In this document: piece after piece, positions 10,229-19,253 of the stretch
Layout of the letters: every line of letters starts with the position of its first letter
Position numbering within the stretch: the stretch's first letter is position 1
From: Chthonomonadales bacterium
GTDB lineage: Bacteria; Armatimonadota; Chthonomonadetes; Chthonomonadales; CAJBBX01
DNA length: 33,352 nt
Direction of reading: 5' to 3'
NCBI GenBank assembly: GCA_037442185.1
Contig: JBBIQU010000002.1
Location: forward strand, 29,538 to 62,889
Position numbers and translations under genes: made by a program
Notes under the pieces: model-generated
What the model was told of the DNA's origin: nothing
The model's database searches: none
The model's input: the letters and a program-made list of their open reading frames with translations, nothing else

Positions 10229-11173
10229 ATGCCCTCTCCCCTGACCCGGGCAGCATGCGCCGCCATGGGCACGCGGTTCGAGGTGGCGCTTTGGGGAGGA
10301 CCGCCTGAACGCCTCGAGGCAGCGGCATCGGCAGCGCTCGAAGAGATCGTCCGCCTCCATCACCAGCTCAGCCTGTTCGACACGGCTTCCGATGTCTGGG
10401 ACCTGAACGCCCGTGCCGCCCATGAGCCGGTTCGCGTCGAGCCGCGCCTGTTCGCACTGATCGCACGTTGTCTCGAGCTGAACAGCCTCACACTCGGGGC
10501 CTTCGATATCACCGTGGGATCGCTGATGCAGGCATGGGGATTCCGCGATGGCGCAGGGCTATCCGACGGTTCGCGGATCACCGCGTCGCGCGTCGTCGCC
10601 CGCAATGACGTGGTTCGCGGCGGCGAGCGGCCCACCTCGCCGCACACTCATCGCCAGCGAGCATGCGGTGCGCAGAGCGGAGGCTCCCATCCCATCGCGT
10701 TGGACCCAGCCTCGTTCACCGTGCGCTATCTCGACCCGGCGGTTCAGGTGGACCTTGGCGCCATCGGAAAGGGTTACGCCCTGGACGAGGCAGCCTCGAT
10801 CCTGCGCGAGTGCGGCGTCGGCGGCGCGCTGATCCACGGTGGCACAAGCTCCATTGTCGCCGTCGGCTCCGATCCCGAGGGGCGCCCATGGAAGATCGGC
10901 GTGGCGCGACCGCCCGATCAGGGCGCAGAGATGCTCACTGTGGAGATCATGGACAGCGCGCTGGCCGTGTCTGCGAGGCATGGCGGCGTAGTTGGCGATG
11001 TCGGCCACGTCATGGACCCGCGCACAGGGCAACCCGCAATGGATACACGTACAGCGATCGTCCAGGGCCCGTCGGCCGCGGACGCCGATGCCCTTTCGAC
11101 GGCGCTTCTCGTGCTGGGAGACGAGTTTGTTGAGGCCCTTGCCGCGATGGGCTATAGGGGATGGTTGGCGTGA
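10229..11173 (+). CDS. apbE: FAD:protein FMN transferase (ApbE family), no signal peptide
   Basis: AMGT, GAFDITVG, DLGAIGKGYALD, HVMDPRTG and ADALSTAL motifs. Confidence 0.92.
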   Translation: MPSPLTRAACAAMGTRFEVALWGGPPERLEAAASAALEEIVRLHHQLSLFDTASDVWDLNARAAHEPVRVEPRLFALIARCLELNSLTLGAFDITVGSLMQAWGFRDGAGLSDGSRITASRVVARNDVVRGGERPTSPHTHRQRACGAQSGGSHPIALDPASFTVRYLDPAVQVDLGAIGKGYALDEAASILRECGVGGALIHGGTSSIVAVGSDPEGRPWKIGVARPPDQGAEMLTVEIMDSALAVSARHGGVVGDVGHVMDPRTGQPAMDTRTAIVQGPSAADADALSTALLVLGDEFVEALAAMGYRGWLA

Positions 11174-11245
11174 GCGACGTTGCCGCAGCAGCCGTGGCTG
11201 CTCCGCAAACCGGCCTCGCTACTCAGCGCGAAGTCGTTGGCGGCT

Positions 11246-11889
11246 CTATCGGCGTCTTCGCCGAACCAGTCCGCCCAGGATGCCGCTGGAGGCGAGCAAT
11301 AACGGCAGCTGTAGCCCGGCGGGCTCAGGAACGACACTGAAGTTCGGCCCGAAGTACCCCTTCTCCTCCGCCGGATACGTGTTTGACGGGTATCCGGTCG
11401 AGTTCACGTAAACGTTCTTCACATAGGTTACGGGCGAACTGGCGCTGACGGACGCGGCCTTGCCCACGATTCGGTCATGCTGGGAAGGATCCGGGTTTGG
11501 ACCCGCAATCGGATACACAGCGCTTATCCGGTACGTGCCCGGACCCAATGCGGTGGGCGAGACCGATACCCATCTCCACTCGGAGCCCGGGCTTCCTCCT
11601 GACGGGACCGTGCCCTCTACAAGCCGTGTCTTGACGGTTCCGGTGGACCATATCGTGACGAGATGACTGTGGACCAGCCCGTCCGATCCATAGTCCCACA
11701 ACCCAAGCCGATCCACAGTGACGGCCTGACTCAGCGTGAACTCCCAGCCGAGAGTGCGAACCTCGGCGCCTCCGGTTATGTAGGATGAGAAGCCGGTCAG
11801 CGCGATTTCGGCCCGGCACGGCACGGCAAGGCAAGGCCAACCATCAGACCGATGACCCCGATCATACCGACCGTTCGGCTGCCACGCAT
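11246..11889 (-). CDS. PEP-CTERM sorting domain surface protein (DUF4082-like domain); frameshifted in the signal-peptide region by a 5-bp repeat
   Basis: C-terminal VPEPAGLQLPLLLASSGILGGLVRRRRR. AAGAGGAG RBS then ATG 11889 gives MRGSRTVGMIGVIGLMVGLALPCRA, out of frame with the body EIALTGFSS...TLGWEFTLSQAVTVDRLGLWD. Confidence 0.85.
11809..11838 (-). repeat. Pentamer tandem repeat GGCCT-TGCCT-(TGCCG)x3-GGCCG
   Basis: Read directly; the + strand has CGGCA at 11814, 11819 and 11824. Confidence 0.9.
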
Positions 11890-11991
11890 GCTACAACTCC
11901 TCTTGGCGGAAACATTCCGCGACTACGGTTGAGTATACCGCCGCGGGGCGTCTCCGGAAAGGCGCGTTCGGAGGCGTCTTTGGCTACCGCC

Positions 11992-14037
11992 TCAAGGGAA
12001 CTTGAGTACAATCCCGTCCTGAGGCGCAAGGGTGACCTCACGCACGAGCGCACCGTCGTTGAAGCGAGCCGCGCTCTCGGCGAGGATGGCGTCGGCGACC
12101 GTGACTCCCATTCCGGCGCTGGTAACCGTCACCCGGCAGCGTTCGCCCTGACCGAGCGGGACGGTGAACAGCCTCACCCATCCGCCGTCGCCCTTCCGCT
12201 GATCCACGACCGCTGTGGCAAGCTTGCGCCCACCGGAACCGGTCACCTGATACGCGGCTCCGGCGGTAAGGGTCTCCCCACCAGGTAGGCACGCGTAGAT
12301 CGTGTAGCGGTCGGCGCTTGGAGCCGTGAAGGTCCAGTGGGCCCTGCTGCCCGGCTTCAGCGCCATGCGGTGCGTCGTGCCCACATAGCGCCCCTCTTCG
12401 GACTTGCGCTCCCACGCTCCCTGCGCGGTGAAGCCCGGCGCAGAGTCATCTACCTCAATGGCATGGAGCGGGGCTGCGGCGTCCTTCAGCCTGCGCATCG
12501 GCGGGTTCAGCGGTATGCGCACCGCATGCGACAGCGGGTTGAACAGAGCGACGCCGCGCTCGAAGTCACGGCGCAAGTAGGTCGCGCCAAGGTACGTCAC
12601 CCGCAAGCGGGTCAGGGCGAAGTTGGCGGCTCCGTGCAGGTGCCACTCGATGGAGTAATCGGCGAAGTCGTCGGGGATGATGACCGTATTGATGCGCCAG
12701 ACTCCGCCGTCGCCGACGCTGCAGAAGTCGCGCCCCTTGTCATGATGCTCCCATCCTCCGGTCGCCGTGCGCGCATTGAACTGCAGCGTGCCGGTGGGCT
12801 TGCTCAGCACCCGGCAATCGGCCTCGATCCGGTAGGCTTTGCCCGGCGTGAGCTTCAGCAGTTCCGGGTTGGTTCCGATGACGCGCGCCCAGCCCGCCGA
12901 CCGATCATTGCGCCGCACATGAATGCCGTCAGGTTCGACTGAGGCGGTATCGGGATCGAGCACGATCGGTCCGATCGGCTTGCCGGACGTCCAATCAAGC
13001 AAGACCGGCGGAGCGACTGGCGACGCCTCTCGCCCAGGATGGAGCGCCTTGCCAAGCTTCGCGTCGTACTCGGCATACCACCACGGCAGCCCGTACCACG
13101 TGGTGCCGAAGTCGTTGGCAAAGTAGCAGTCGGTCATCAGCGTCATGGTGAGGCCCGCACGCATGCGCCGGAAGTCGCGCCGCACCCGTTCCTGCTCGCC
13201 CCTGGTGGTGACGCGCTCCCCCTTGCCGACGCGCCACGCCTGCCAGCCCAGCGGATGCGTCATGATGGCGAAGGTCAATGTCGGCTTGAGCGATGCGTGT
13301 TGCCACTCGGTCAGAATGCGCACTGCGTCCATGCCGTTGAGCGTCCCCATGGTGACCCGCTCGAGCAGCGGCTGACCCTCGAATAGGCGGCCATGCAGAT
13401 GCCCGGCATGTCCCATGTCCACGTCATTGGCGAGGATGAGCGCATTCGGCCATCGCTGGCGCAGGCGGTCGAAGAAAAGACACTGGCGCGCGTGCCAGAT
13501 GGGGTCAATCTTGGCCGGATCGTCGGCCTTGCCGCCGCGGTCGGTATCCACGTCACCGAGCCAGGTCGCGCGTCCGACCACGCTGTCGAAGAACAGGCCG
13601 TCTGCAGTGCCTTCCTTGAGCAGTTCGTCGAACTCCGTCGCAGCCTGTTGAACGAGCGCATCGAGGCAGTCATCCCGCGTGATGTTGGGCAGCGTGATCA
13701 TGTCGGCCCACCATTTGACCATCGTGCCGTCGGGCCTGCGCAGGAACCACTCGTCCTTCATCCACGGCATCGTCTTCGGATCCCCAAGGTTCATGAACTG
13801 CCCGGTTCCCAGCAGCACGATGCGTGGGTTGCGCTTCCGCACCTCGGTCCCGAAGCGGCGCCACGCCTCGGGCGACGCCCCGCCCATCACGAGCAAGTCG
13901 TACTTCGCCCAGCGGTCATACTCCTTTGAGTTCGCCGACACTCCCCACAGGTTGGCGATGCGGGGGAAGGTGGGCGCCGATGCGGTCGGCGCCCCACGGA
14001 CGGCGACGGCGAGCGCGATCAAGGCCATGGCGTTCAT
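11992..14037 (-). CDS. Secreted putative glycoside hydrolase (GHL15-like) with carbohydrate-binding-like insert and golvesin/xanthan-lyase-C-terminal-like domain
   Basis: Signal peptide MNAMALIALAVAV; DGLFFDSV; WWYAEYDAKLGKA...RRDFERGVALFNP; EVDDSAPGF...WTFTAP...VDQRKGDGGWVRL...ADAI. The ORF extension to 14391 overlaps cocE and is rejected. Confidence 0.65.
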   Translation of the reverse strand: MNAMALIALAVAVRGAPTASAPTFPRIANLWGVSANSKEYDRWAKYDLLVMGGASPEAWRRFGTEVRKRNPRIVLLGTGQFMNLGDPKTMPWMKDEWFLRRPDGTMVKWWADMITLPNITRDDCLDALVQQAATEFDELLKEGTADGLFFDSVVGRATWLGDVDTDRGGKADDPAKIDPIWHARQCLFFDRLRQRWPNALILANDVDMGHAGHLHGRLFEGQPLLERVTMGTLNGMDAVRILTEWQHASLKPTLTFAIMTHPLGWQAWRVGKGERVTTRGEQERVRRDFRRMRAGLTMTLMTDCYFANDFGTTWYGLPWWYAEYDAKLGKALHPGREASPVAPPVLLDWTSGKPIGPIVLDPDTASVEPDGIHVRRNDRSAGWARVIGTNPELLKLTPGKAYRIEADCRVLSKPTGTLQFNARTATGGWEHHDKGRDFCSVGDGGVWRINTVIIPDDFADYSIEWHLHGAANFALTRLRVTYLGATYLRRDFERGVALFNPLSHAVRIPLNPPMRRLKDAAAPLHAIEVDDSAPGFTAQGAWERKSEEGRYVGTTHRMALKPGSRAHWTFTAPSADRYTIYACLPGGETLTAGAAYQVTGSGGRKLATAVVDQRKGDGGWVRLFTVPLGQGERCRVTVTSAGMGVTVADAILAESAARFNDGALVREVTLAPQDGIVLKFP

Positions 14038-14053
14038 CGTTCCGTGGTGCGCT

Positions 14054-15745
14054 TCAGCGCGCGGCAGCCGCCTCACGACCTGTCCTCCATGCGACAGGAA
14101 GCACGATGCAGCTTGCCCGTGTGCCGCCGGTGTAGACCGTGTTGCGCGCGGTACGAACACCTGAGGACGACCGGAACGGCTCGCCCGTGTTCGGATTCGG
14201 GTCCCACCCGGGGGCGTTGCTGGAAGTGACATGCACTCGGATCCGGTGGCCCTTGTTGAAGATGATGCTCGTTGACCACAGGTCAATGTCGAAGCTGTAG
14301 GCCTTGCCCGGCTGCAAGGGCTCGGGTTTGCTGAACGACCTGCGAAATCGAGCCCGCAGGATGCCCTCGCAGACGTTGATCGAACGTCCATCGGGGTACA
14401 CGTCGCAGAGCTTGGCAGCGAAGTCGGTATCCGGAGCGTCGCTCGATGCCCAAAGTCGAACGCGGACCCTTCCCGTGACCTCGACAGGCCGCGTCAGGAC
14501 ATCGGTACTGAAGACGAGGACGTCCTTGCGTCGTTCGACTGCCCTCTGGTCCCTGGGTCCCGCAGGCAGGGTGAGCTGCGGACCGCCGGTTGTTGGGCAG
14601 GGGTCACGGGGATCATAAACGTAGGTCAGGCTTCCTCCGCTTGCGGGTCGCCTGGGGCTGAGCGACCGGTCTGCGCCGAAGTAGAAGGACTCAGGCTTGA
14701 CGTTGGAAGGAGGCCAGACGGGCGAAGTGCGCCACACGTTCCCGGGCGCCGATGGATCCGATGCGTCTCCCATGGTGTAGTAAGTGACCGCCGGCTCGCG
14801 GTCAACGCCGTTGCTTTCGCCCTTGAGGTATCGGTCGAACCATACCCAGTGGTCCCGTGCCCTGCCGGGAGGCGTGCGTCCGTTGCGGAAGGTAAGGTCG
14901 CCGGCTTTGTCCTGGAAGATGCCGTGCGTCCACGGTCCCATGATCAGCTTCTGGCGGCCGCGCGCGCCGGGGCCGCCGCGGGTCTGATAGCCTGTGAAGG
15001 CATCAATCGTGCCCTGAGCGAAGATGTCGTACCACCCGCCAACGTGCACCGCGGCCGCATTGACCCGAGGGTACCGGACCGAGAGGTCCCGTTCGCGCCA
15101 GTTACGGCCATACACGTCGGTAGTCGTCCACCGCTTAAGGGAGTCGGGACTGAACTGCGCGAGCGAGAGCCAGCCTTCGACGAGCGCCTTGCGGAAGACA
15201 CCTCCCGAGAACACCGTATCGCCGTAGGGTCTCGGCCCGCCCACGTGAATCACCTGAGCCTTGACGTGCTTGGTGCCGGTGCCGGCCAGCATGAGCTGCG
15301 TGATTCCGAGCGCGGAGCCGCCCATGGTGCCGATATTGCCGCACCAGGGCTGCTTCACGAGCCACTCCACCGTGTCGAGGCCATCCTGCTTGCCGCCCCA
15401 CCATCCATCGGTCTCGAACGGCAGGTTCTCGCCCTGAGATGCGAACCGCCCTCGCGTGTCCTGCACGACCACCGCGTATCCGCGCTGTTGCCCTTCGGAG
15501 CCGAGACCGGCCAAACCCGCCTTGTTGTAGGTGGTGCGAACCAGTATGGTCGGGAAACGCCCCGAGCCCGCAGGCAGATACACGTCAGTCGCAAGCTTGA
15601 TGCCGTCCGCCATCGGCAGCATGACCGTTTGCTTCCGTGCCTGATCCTGTTGCAGCTCAGTTCCCGTCGCGCCCGTTCCCGAAACGAGAGAAACGGCCAA
15701 AGCCGACGTAACCAATGCGACGATTGCCGCCCTACCAGACGTCAT
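14054..15745 (-). CDS. CocE/NonD family hydrolase (peptidase S15-like), secreted
   Basis: DGIKLATDVYLP, QDTRGRFASQG, GTMGGSALG nucleophile elbow, GGWYDIF, GPWTHG, DAPDTDFAAKLCDVYPDG; GGGAGGT RBS before ATG 15745. Confidence 0.93.
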   Translation of the reverse strand: MTSGRAAIVALVTSALAVSLVSGTGATGTELQQDQARKQTVMLPMADGIKLATDVYLPAGSGRFPTILVRTTYNKAGLAGLGSEGQQRGYAVVVQDTRGRFASQGENLPFETDGWWGGKQDGLDTVEWLVKQPWCGNIGTMGGSALGITQLMLAGTGTKHVKAQVIHVGGPRPYGDTVFSGGVFRKALVEGWLSLAQFSPDSLKRWTTTDVYGRNWRERDLSVRYPRVNAAAVHVGGWYDIFAQGTIDAFTGYQTRGGPGARGRQKLIMGPWTHGIFQDKAGDLTFRNGRTPPGRARDHWVWFDRYLKGESNGVDREPAVTYYTMGDASDPSAPGNVWRTSPVWPPSNVKPESFYFGADRSLSPRRPASGGSLTYVYDPRDPCPTTGGPQLTLPAGPRDQRAVERRKDVLVFSTDVLTRPVEVTGRVRVRLWASSDAPDTDFAAKLCDVYPDGRSINVCEGILRARFRRSFSKPEPLQPGKAYSFDIDLWSTSIIFNKGHRIRVHVTSSNAPGWDPNPNTGEPFRSSSGVRTARNTVYTGGTRASCIVLPVAWRTGREAAAAR

Positions 15746-15782
15746 GGTGAACCTCCCGGCACGATGTTGTGCCCGATGGCGT

Positions 15783-15811
15783 ATCATGCCATGCGGCGCT
15801 TCTGCCGTCAA
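15783..15811 (-). promoter_or_regulatory. Putative sigma70 promoter for cocE
   Basis: TTGACG-17 nt-CATGAT on the minus strand. Confidence 0.35.
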
Positions 15812-15838
15812 GTGCACTGACACATTCGACTGGGAGCG

Positions 15839-17278
15839 ATGGTTCTACTCACGGGTGCGACGGGCTATATCGGTGGGCGACTGATGCCCATATTGGCGCG
15901 GGAGGGCTACCGCGTCCGCTGTCTCGCGCGCCGACCCGATGCCCTGCGCGGTCGCGCGCCCGAGGGCGTCGAGGCGGTGCGCGGCGACGTTCTCGATCCC
16001 GACTCGCTTCGAGCGGCCATGGAAGGCGTCAGAATCGCCTATTTCCTTGTCCACGCTCTCGGTTCGTCGGGCCAGTTTGAGGCCCAGGAGCTTACCGGCG
16101 CCGCCAACTTCGCCCGAGCCGGCGCCGAAGCCGGCGTCGAAAGGATCGTGTACCTTGGCGGCCTCGGCGACGGCGGCGAGGAGCTTTCGCCCCATCTGCG
16201 CAGTCGGCACGCCGTCGGCCACATTCTACGCGAGAGCGGCGTCCCTGTGGTCGAGTTTCGCGCATCCATCATCATCGGCTCAGGGAGCCTGTCTTTCGAG
16301 CTGGTGCGCGCCCTGGTCGAGCGGCTGCCGATCATGGTGACGCCCACGTGGGTGTCCGCCCCGGCGCAGCCGATCGGCATCGGCGACACGCTGGAGTACC
16401 TGCTGCAGGGCGCGCGCGTGCCGATCGAGGGTTCAGTCATCTATGAGATCGGCGGTCCCGATCGAGTATCGTACGGAGACCTCATTCGCGAGTACATGCG
16501 CGTCCGCGGCCTTCGTCGGCTGATCATCCCTGTGCCGGCGCTGACGCCACGGCTGTCCAGCCTGTGGCTCGGCCTCGTGACGCCCCTCCACGCTCGGATC
16601 GGGCGCAAGCTCATCGAGAGCGTGCGCCACGCGACGGTGGTGAATGACGACAGGGCGCTGCGCGACTTCGCCATTCGACCCGTGGGCTTCCGAGACGCCA
16701 TGGCGCTCGCGTTGCGCAACGAGGACGCGGAGTTCGCCCAGACCCGATGGACCGATGCGGTGTCGTCTGCCGGCATTCCGGCCCAGTGGGGCGGCGTCAG
16801 ATTCGGCAACAGGCTAGTGGATACCCGGGCCGTTTCGATGGACGCCTCGCCAGCCGCGGCGTTTCGTGCGGTTGAGGCGATTGGCGGTCCCAACGGATGG
16901 GGATACGCCGACTGGCCGTGGACTCTCCGAGGATGGCTGGACCTCCTCATCGGAGGCGTGGGGATGCGGCGTGGTCGCCGCGACCCAAGCCGGCTCTCGG
17001 TCGGCGATGTAGTGGACTGCTGGCGAGTCGAAGCCATCGAGGCTGGACGGTGCCTGCGCCTGTGGGCCGAGATGAAGCTCCCAGGTCGCGCGTGGCTGCA
17101 GTTCGACGTGACATCGGCTCAGGACGGCTGTGAGCTCCGCCAGACAGCCATCTTCGATCCGGTGGGCTTCTGGGGCCTGGCTTACTGGTACGGCATATGG
17201 CCGCTCCATCAGGTAGTCTTTCGCGGGATGTTGCGAGGCATTGCGCGTCGAGCGATGGAGGACGACGGATCACGATGA
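15839..17278 (+). CDS. SDR/NAD(P)-binding oxidoreductase with C-terminal DUF2867 (YbjT-like)
   Basis: TGATGYIGG; LSPHLRSR; GGVGMRRGRR; AEMKLPGRAWL; QTAIFDPVGFWGLAYWY. Confidence 0.9.
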   Translation: MVLLTGATGYIGGRLMPILAREGYRVRCLARRPDALRGRAPEGVEAVRGDVLDPDSLRAAMEGVRIAYFLVHALGSSGQFEAQELTGAANFARAGAEAGVERIVYLGGLGDGGEELSPHLRSRHAVGHILRESGVPVVEFRASIIIGSGSLSFELVRALVERLPIMVTPTWVSAPAQPIGIGDTLEYLLQGARVPIEGSVIYEIGGPDRVSYGDLIREYMRVRGLRRLIIPVPALTPRLSSLWLGLVTPLHARIGRKLIESVRHATVVNDDRALRDFAIRPVGFRDAMALALRNEDAEFAQTRWTDAVSSAGIPAQWGGVRFGNRLVDTRAVSMDASPAAAFRAVEAIGGPNGWGYADWPWTLRGWLDLLIGGVGMRRGRRDPSRLSVGDVVDCWRVEAIEAGRCLRLWAEMKLPGRAWLQFDVTSAQDGCELRQTAIFDPVGFWGLAYWYGIWPLHQVVFRGMLRGIARRAMEDDGSR

Positions 17279-19131
17279 TCGCGGTAGTTCACGCCATGCT
17301 CGCGCTGATTGCGGCCCAGTTTCCTCCCGTCACAGGGCCGACCTGCGCGGTTTCCATGCCCGGCGTCGTAAGAAGCGACGGATACACGCTGCGCGTTCCG
17401 TCGCCCGCCGGCGTCGAACGGTCCTCGGGTACTGCGCGGCCGGTTGCCACGTCCGGCGTCGCAAGAAGCGACGGCTACACGCTGCGCGTTCCGTCGTCCG
17501 GCGTCGCAAGAAGTGACGGCTACACGCTGCGCGTTCCATCGTCCGCCGGAGTCGAACGGTCCTCGGGTACTCCGCGGCCGGTTGCCGTGTCCGGCGTCGC
17601 AAGAAGCGACGGCTACACGCTGCGCGTTCCGTCGTCCGCCGGAGCTGAAGGGACGGCCGAAGCGCGGGCCACCTCGGGTTCCTCCCGAGCGAAGATGCAG
17701 GCGGCTGCCTCGGTGCCGCCGATGACGCTCAGGGACAGGTTCGGCCGGGATCTGGCTCAACGGGGCGCGACGCTGGTGGATTGGCAGGGGCATATCGCCA
17801 ACCCGGCCATCGCGCTCACGATCGAGCTGAACGACAGGGTCAACCTCCCCGCCCGGGTGACGCTCAGGGCCAACAGTCCGCGACTGATGTTCAACCTCTT
17901 CTCCGAAGTCGGCCCCGAAGGCCCGTCGAAGACCCTTTTCGTCAACGGCCCGGGCCGCTCGGCGCAGTTCCTGATGTCGGTGTTCCCCGATCGTGACTCG
18001 AGGGACGAGGAGTACCGCCTGACCGCGGAGCTTACCACGGGGATGGGCGAAATCCGGACCGTGTCGTGGACCGTGCGGGTCCTGGACCAGGATCGCGACC
18101 TGCCTGCGGCATATCCGATTCACTTCGACTACGCGCATGACGCACATGGGTTCTTCGCTGACCCGACGGCGCGCCGAATCATTGAGACCGCTGCCAATGA
18201 CTGGGCGTACTTCCTCGACGATCAGGGCTTCGACCCGGTGCCGGCAGGGAGCGAGATTGCCTGGATCCACGAGCCGGACACGTTCGAGCGCGGACACGCG
18301 GTCACCAACCCCGCTTCCTACTCGGGTTTCCTCCTGTTCGTGCAGAGCATTCGGGGACCCGAGAGACGATCCGGAGGGCGATGCTCCGATCAGGGCGGCC
18401 TGCACACTCGCGGAGGGCGCGGCGCCAACCTGCGCAGGTCGGGCACCGTCATTGCTGAAGTGACGGGCAACTGGAACGGGCTCGGATGGTCGTATGAGGA
18501 AGACGACGACCGATGGTGGGCATCGTCATGCCATGCCCGCGAGAAGCACGATTTCTACTCGGTGATCCGGCACGAGATCGGTCATGCCCTTCTCTACCAT
18601 CGCCCGAATCCGGGCTTCGGCTCCCTCATCAAGAACGGCCGAGTGACCAACCGTGAGCTCGCCCGCTACCTTGGCGCTATACCGGCGATCAACGCATCCG
18701 AGCATCTGTTTGCGACTGTGGACCCTGTCAGCCGAGTGGGCGCCTTCGGCAACGAGTATGGGGGCGATATGCCCCGCAAGCGGTGGCTGATCACGAAGGC
18801 GGACCTGTTGATCGCACGAGCCGCGGGCTATCGGCTCCGGGAGACGACGCCATTGATGCCGTTACGCGCGCCCAGGCGGTACGTCGCCGAAGCGCACGTC
18901 GGTCGGCCTATGGCGGAGCGCCCTCTGGTCTCAGGAGGCATACCGGCCTACGATGCGCGAGTGGTGCGCGGAACGCTGCCCGATGGCGTAGAGTTGGATC
19001 CGTTCACCGGCGAGCTTCGGGGCGCTCCCACCCGCCCGGGACGCTTTCGGGCCGGCATCGAGTTTCGCGACAACGACCCCGCATCCCCAAGAGTCGTCTG
19101 CGACCTGACCATCTCCGCCAAAGAGCAATAG
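17275..19131 (+). CDS. Secreted zincin-like metalloprotein with C-terminal putative Ig (He_PIG) domain and in-frame N-terminal DNA repeat array
   Basis: ATGA overlap with the upstream stop; hydrophobic N-terminus; HEIGH motif; GTLPDGVELDPFTGELRGAPTRPG. Confidence 0.75.
   Translation: MIAVVHAMLALIAAQFPPVTGPTCAVSMPGVVRSDGYTLRVPSPAGVERSSGTARPVATSGVARSDGYTLRVPSSGVARSDGYTLRVPSSAGVERSSGTPRPVAVSGVARSDGYTLRVPSSAGAEGTAEARATSGSSRAKMQAAASVPPMTLRDRFGRDLAQRGATLVDWQGHIANPAIALTIELNDRVNLPARVTLRANSPRLMFNLFSEVGPEGPSKTLFVNGPGRSAQFLMSVFPDRDSRDEEYRLTAELTTGMGEIRTVSWTVRVLDQDRDLPAAYPIHFDYAHDAHGFFADPTARRIIETAANDWAYFLDDQGFDPVPAGSEIAWIHEPDTFERGHAVTNPASYSGFLLFVQSIRGPERRSGGRCSDQGGLHTRGGRGANLRRSGTVIAEVTGNWNGLGWSYEEDDDRWWASSCHAREKHDFYSVIRHEIGHALLYHRPNPGFGSLIKNGRVTNRELARYLGAIPAINASEHLFATVDPVSRVGAFGNEYGGDMPRKRWLITKADLLIARAAGYRLRETTPLMPLRAPRRYVAEAHVGRPMAERPLVSGGIPAYDARVVRGTLPDGVELDPFTGELRGAPTRPGRFRAGIEFRDNDPASPRVVCDLTISAKEQ
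17360..17644. repeat. Tandem 2 x 138 bp (A-B-A)(A-B-A) array; A = 45 bp containing a GTAG-footed REP-like hairpin, B = 48 bp
   Basis: A starts at 17360, 17453, 17498 and 17591; B at 17405 and 17543. On the minus strand A reads GTAGCCGTCGC-TTCTT-GCGACG. Confidence 0.9.
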
Positions 19132-19140
19132 GCGGCCTTC

Positions 19141-19185
19141 CCCATTCGTACCATCAGTCCCATCCATCCCATCCGTCCCATCACT
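19141..19185. repeat. 9-bp-period array CCCATCNNT (5 units)
   Basis: cccattcgt accatcagt cccatccat cccatccgt cccatcact. Confidence 0.85.
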
Positions 19186-19216
19186 CTCTGATTGTTAGCA
19201 CTATCAAAGTTTTATC

Positions 19217-19245
19217 TTGACTTCGTAAGTCATGTGGAGTATCCT
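19217..19245 (+). promoter_or_regulatory. sigma70 promoter of dtxR-feo operon with overlapping inverted repeat (candidate operator)
   Basis: TTGACT (19217-22)-17 nt-TATCCT (19240-45); palindrome TGACTT-CGT-AAGTCA at 19218-19232. Confidence 0.7.
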
Positions 19246-19253
19246 CATTCATC

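Noticed and set aside
14038-14391. N-terminal extension of the 799-aa ORF
   Set aside because: It overlaps cocE in another frame; the signal peptide begins at ATG 14037.
17360-17644. Possible CRISPR array
   Set aside because: The 'spacers' are near-identical copies or absent, the array is in-frame within a CDS, and no cas genes are present.
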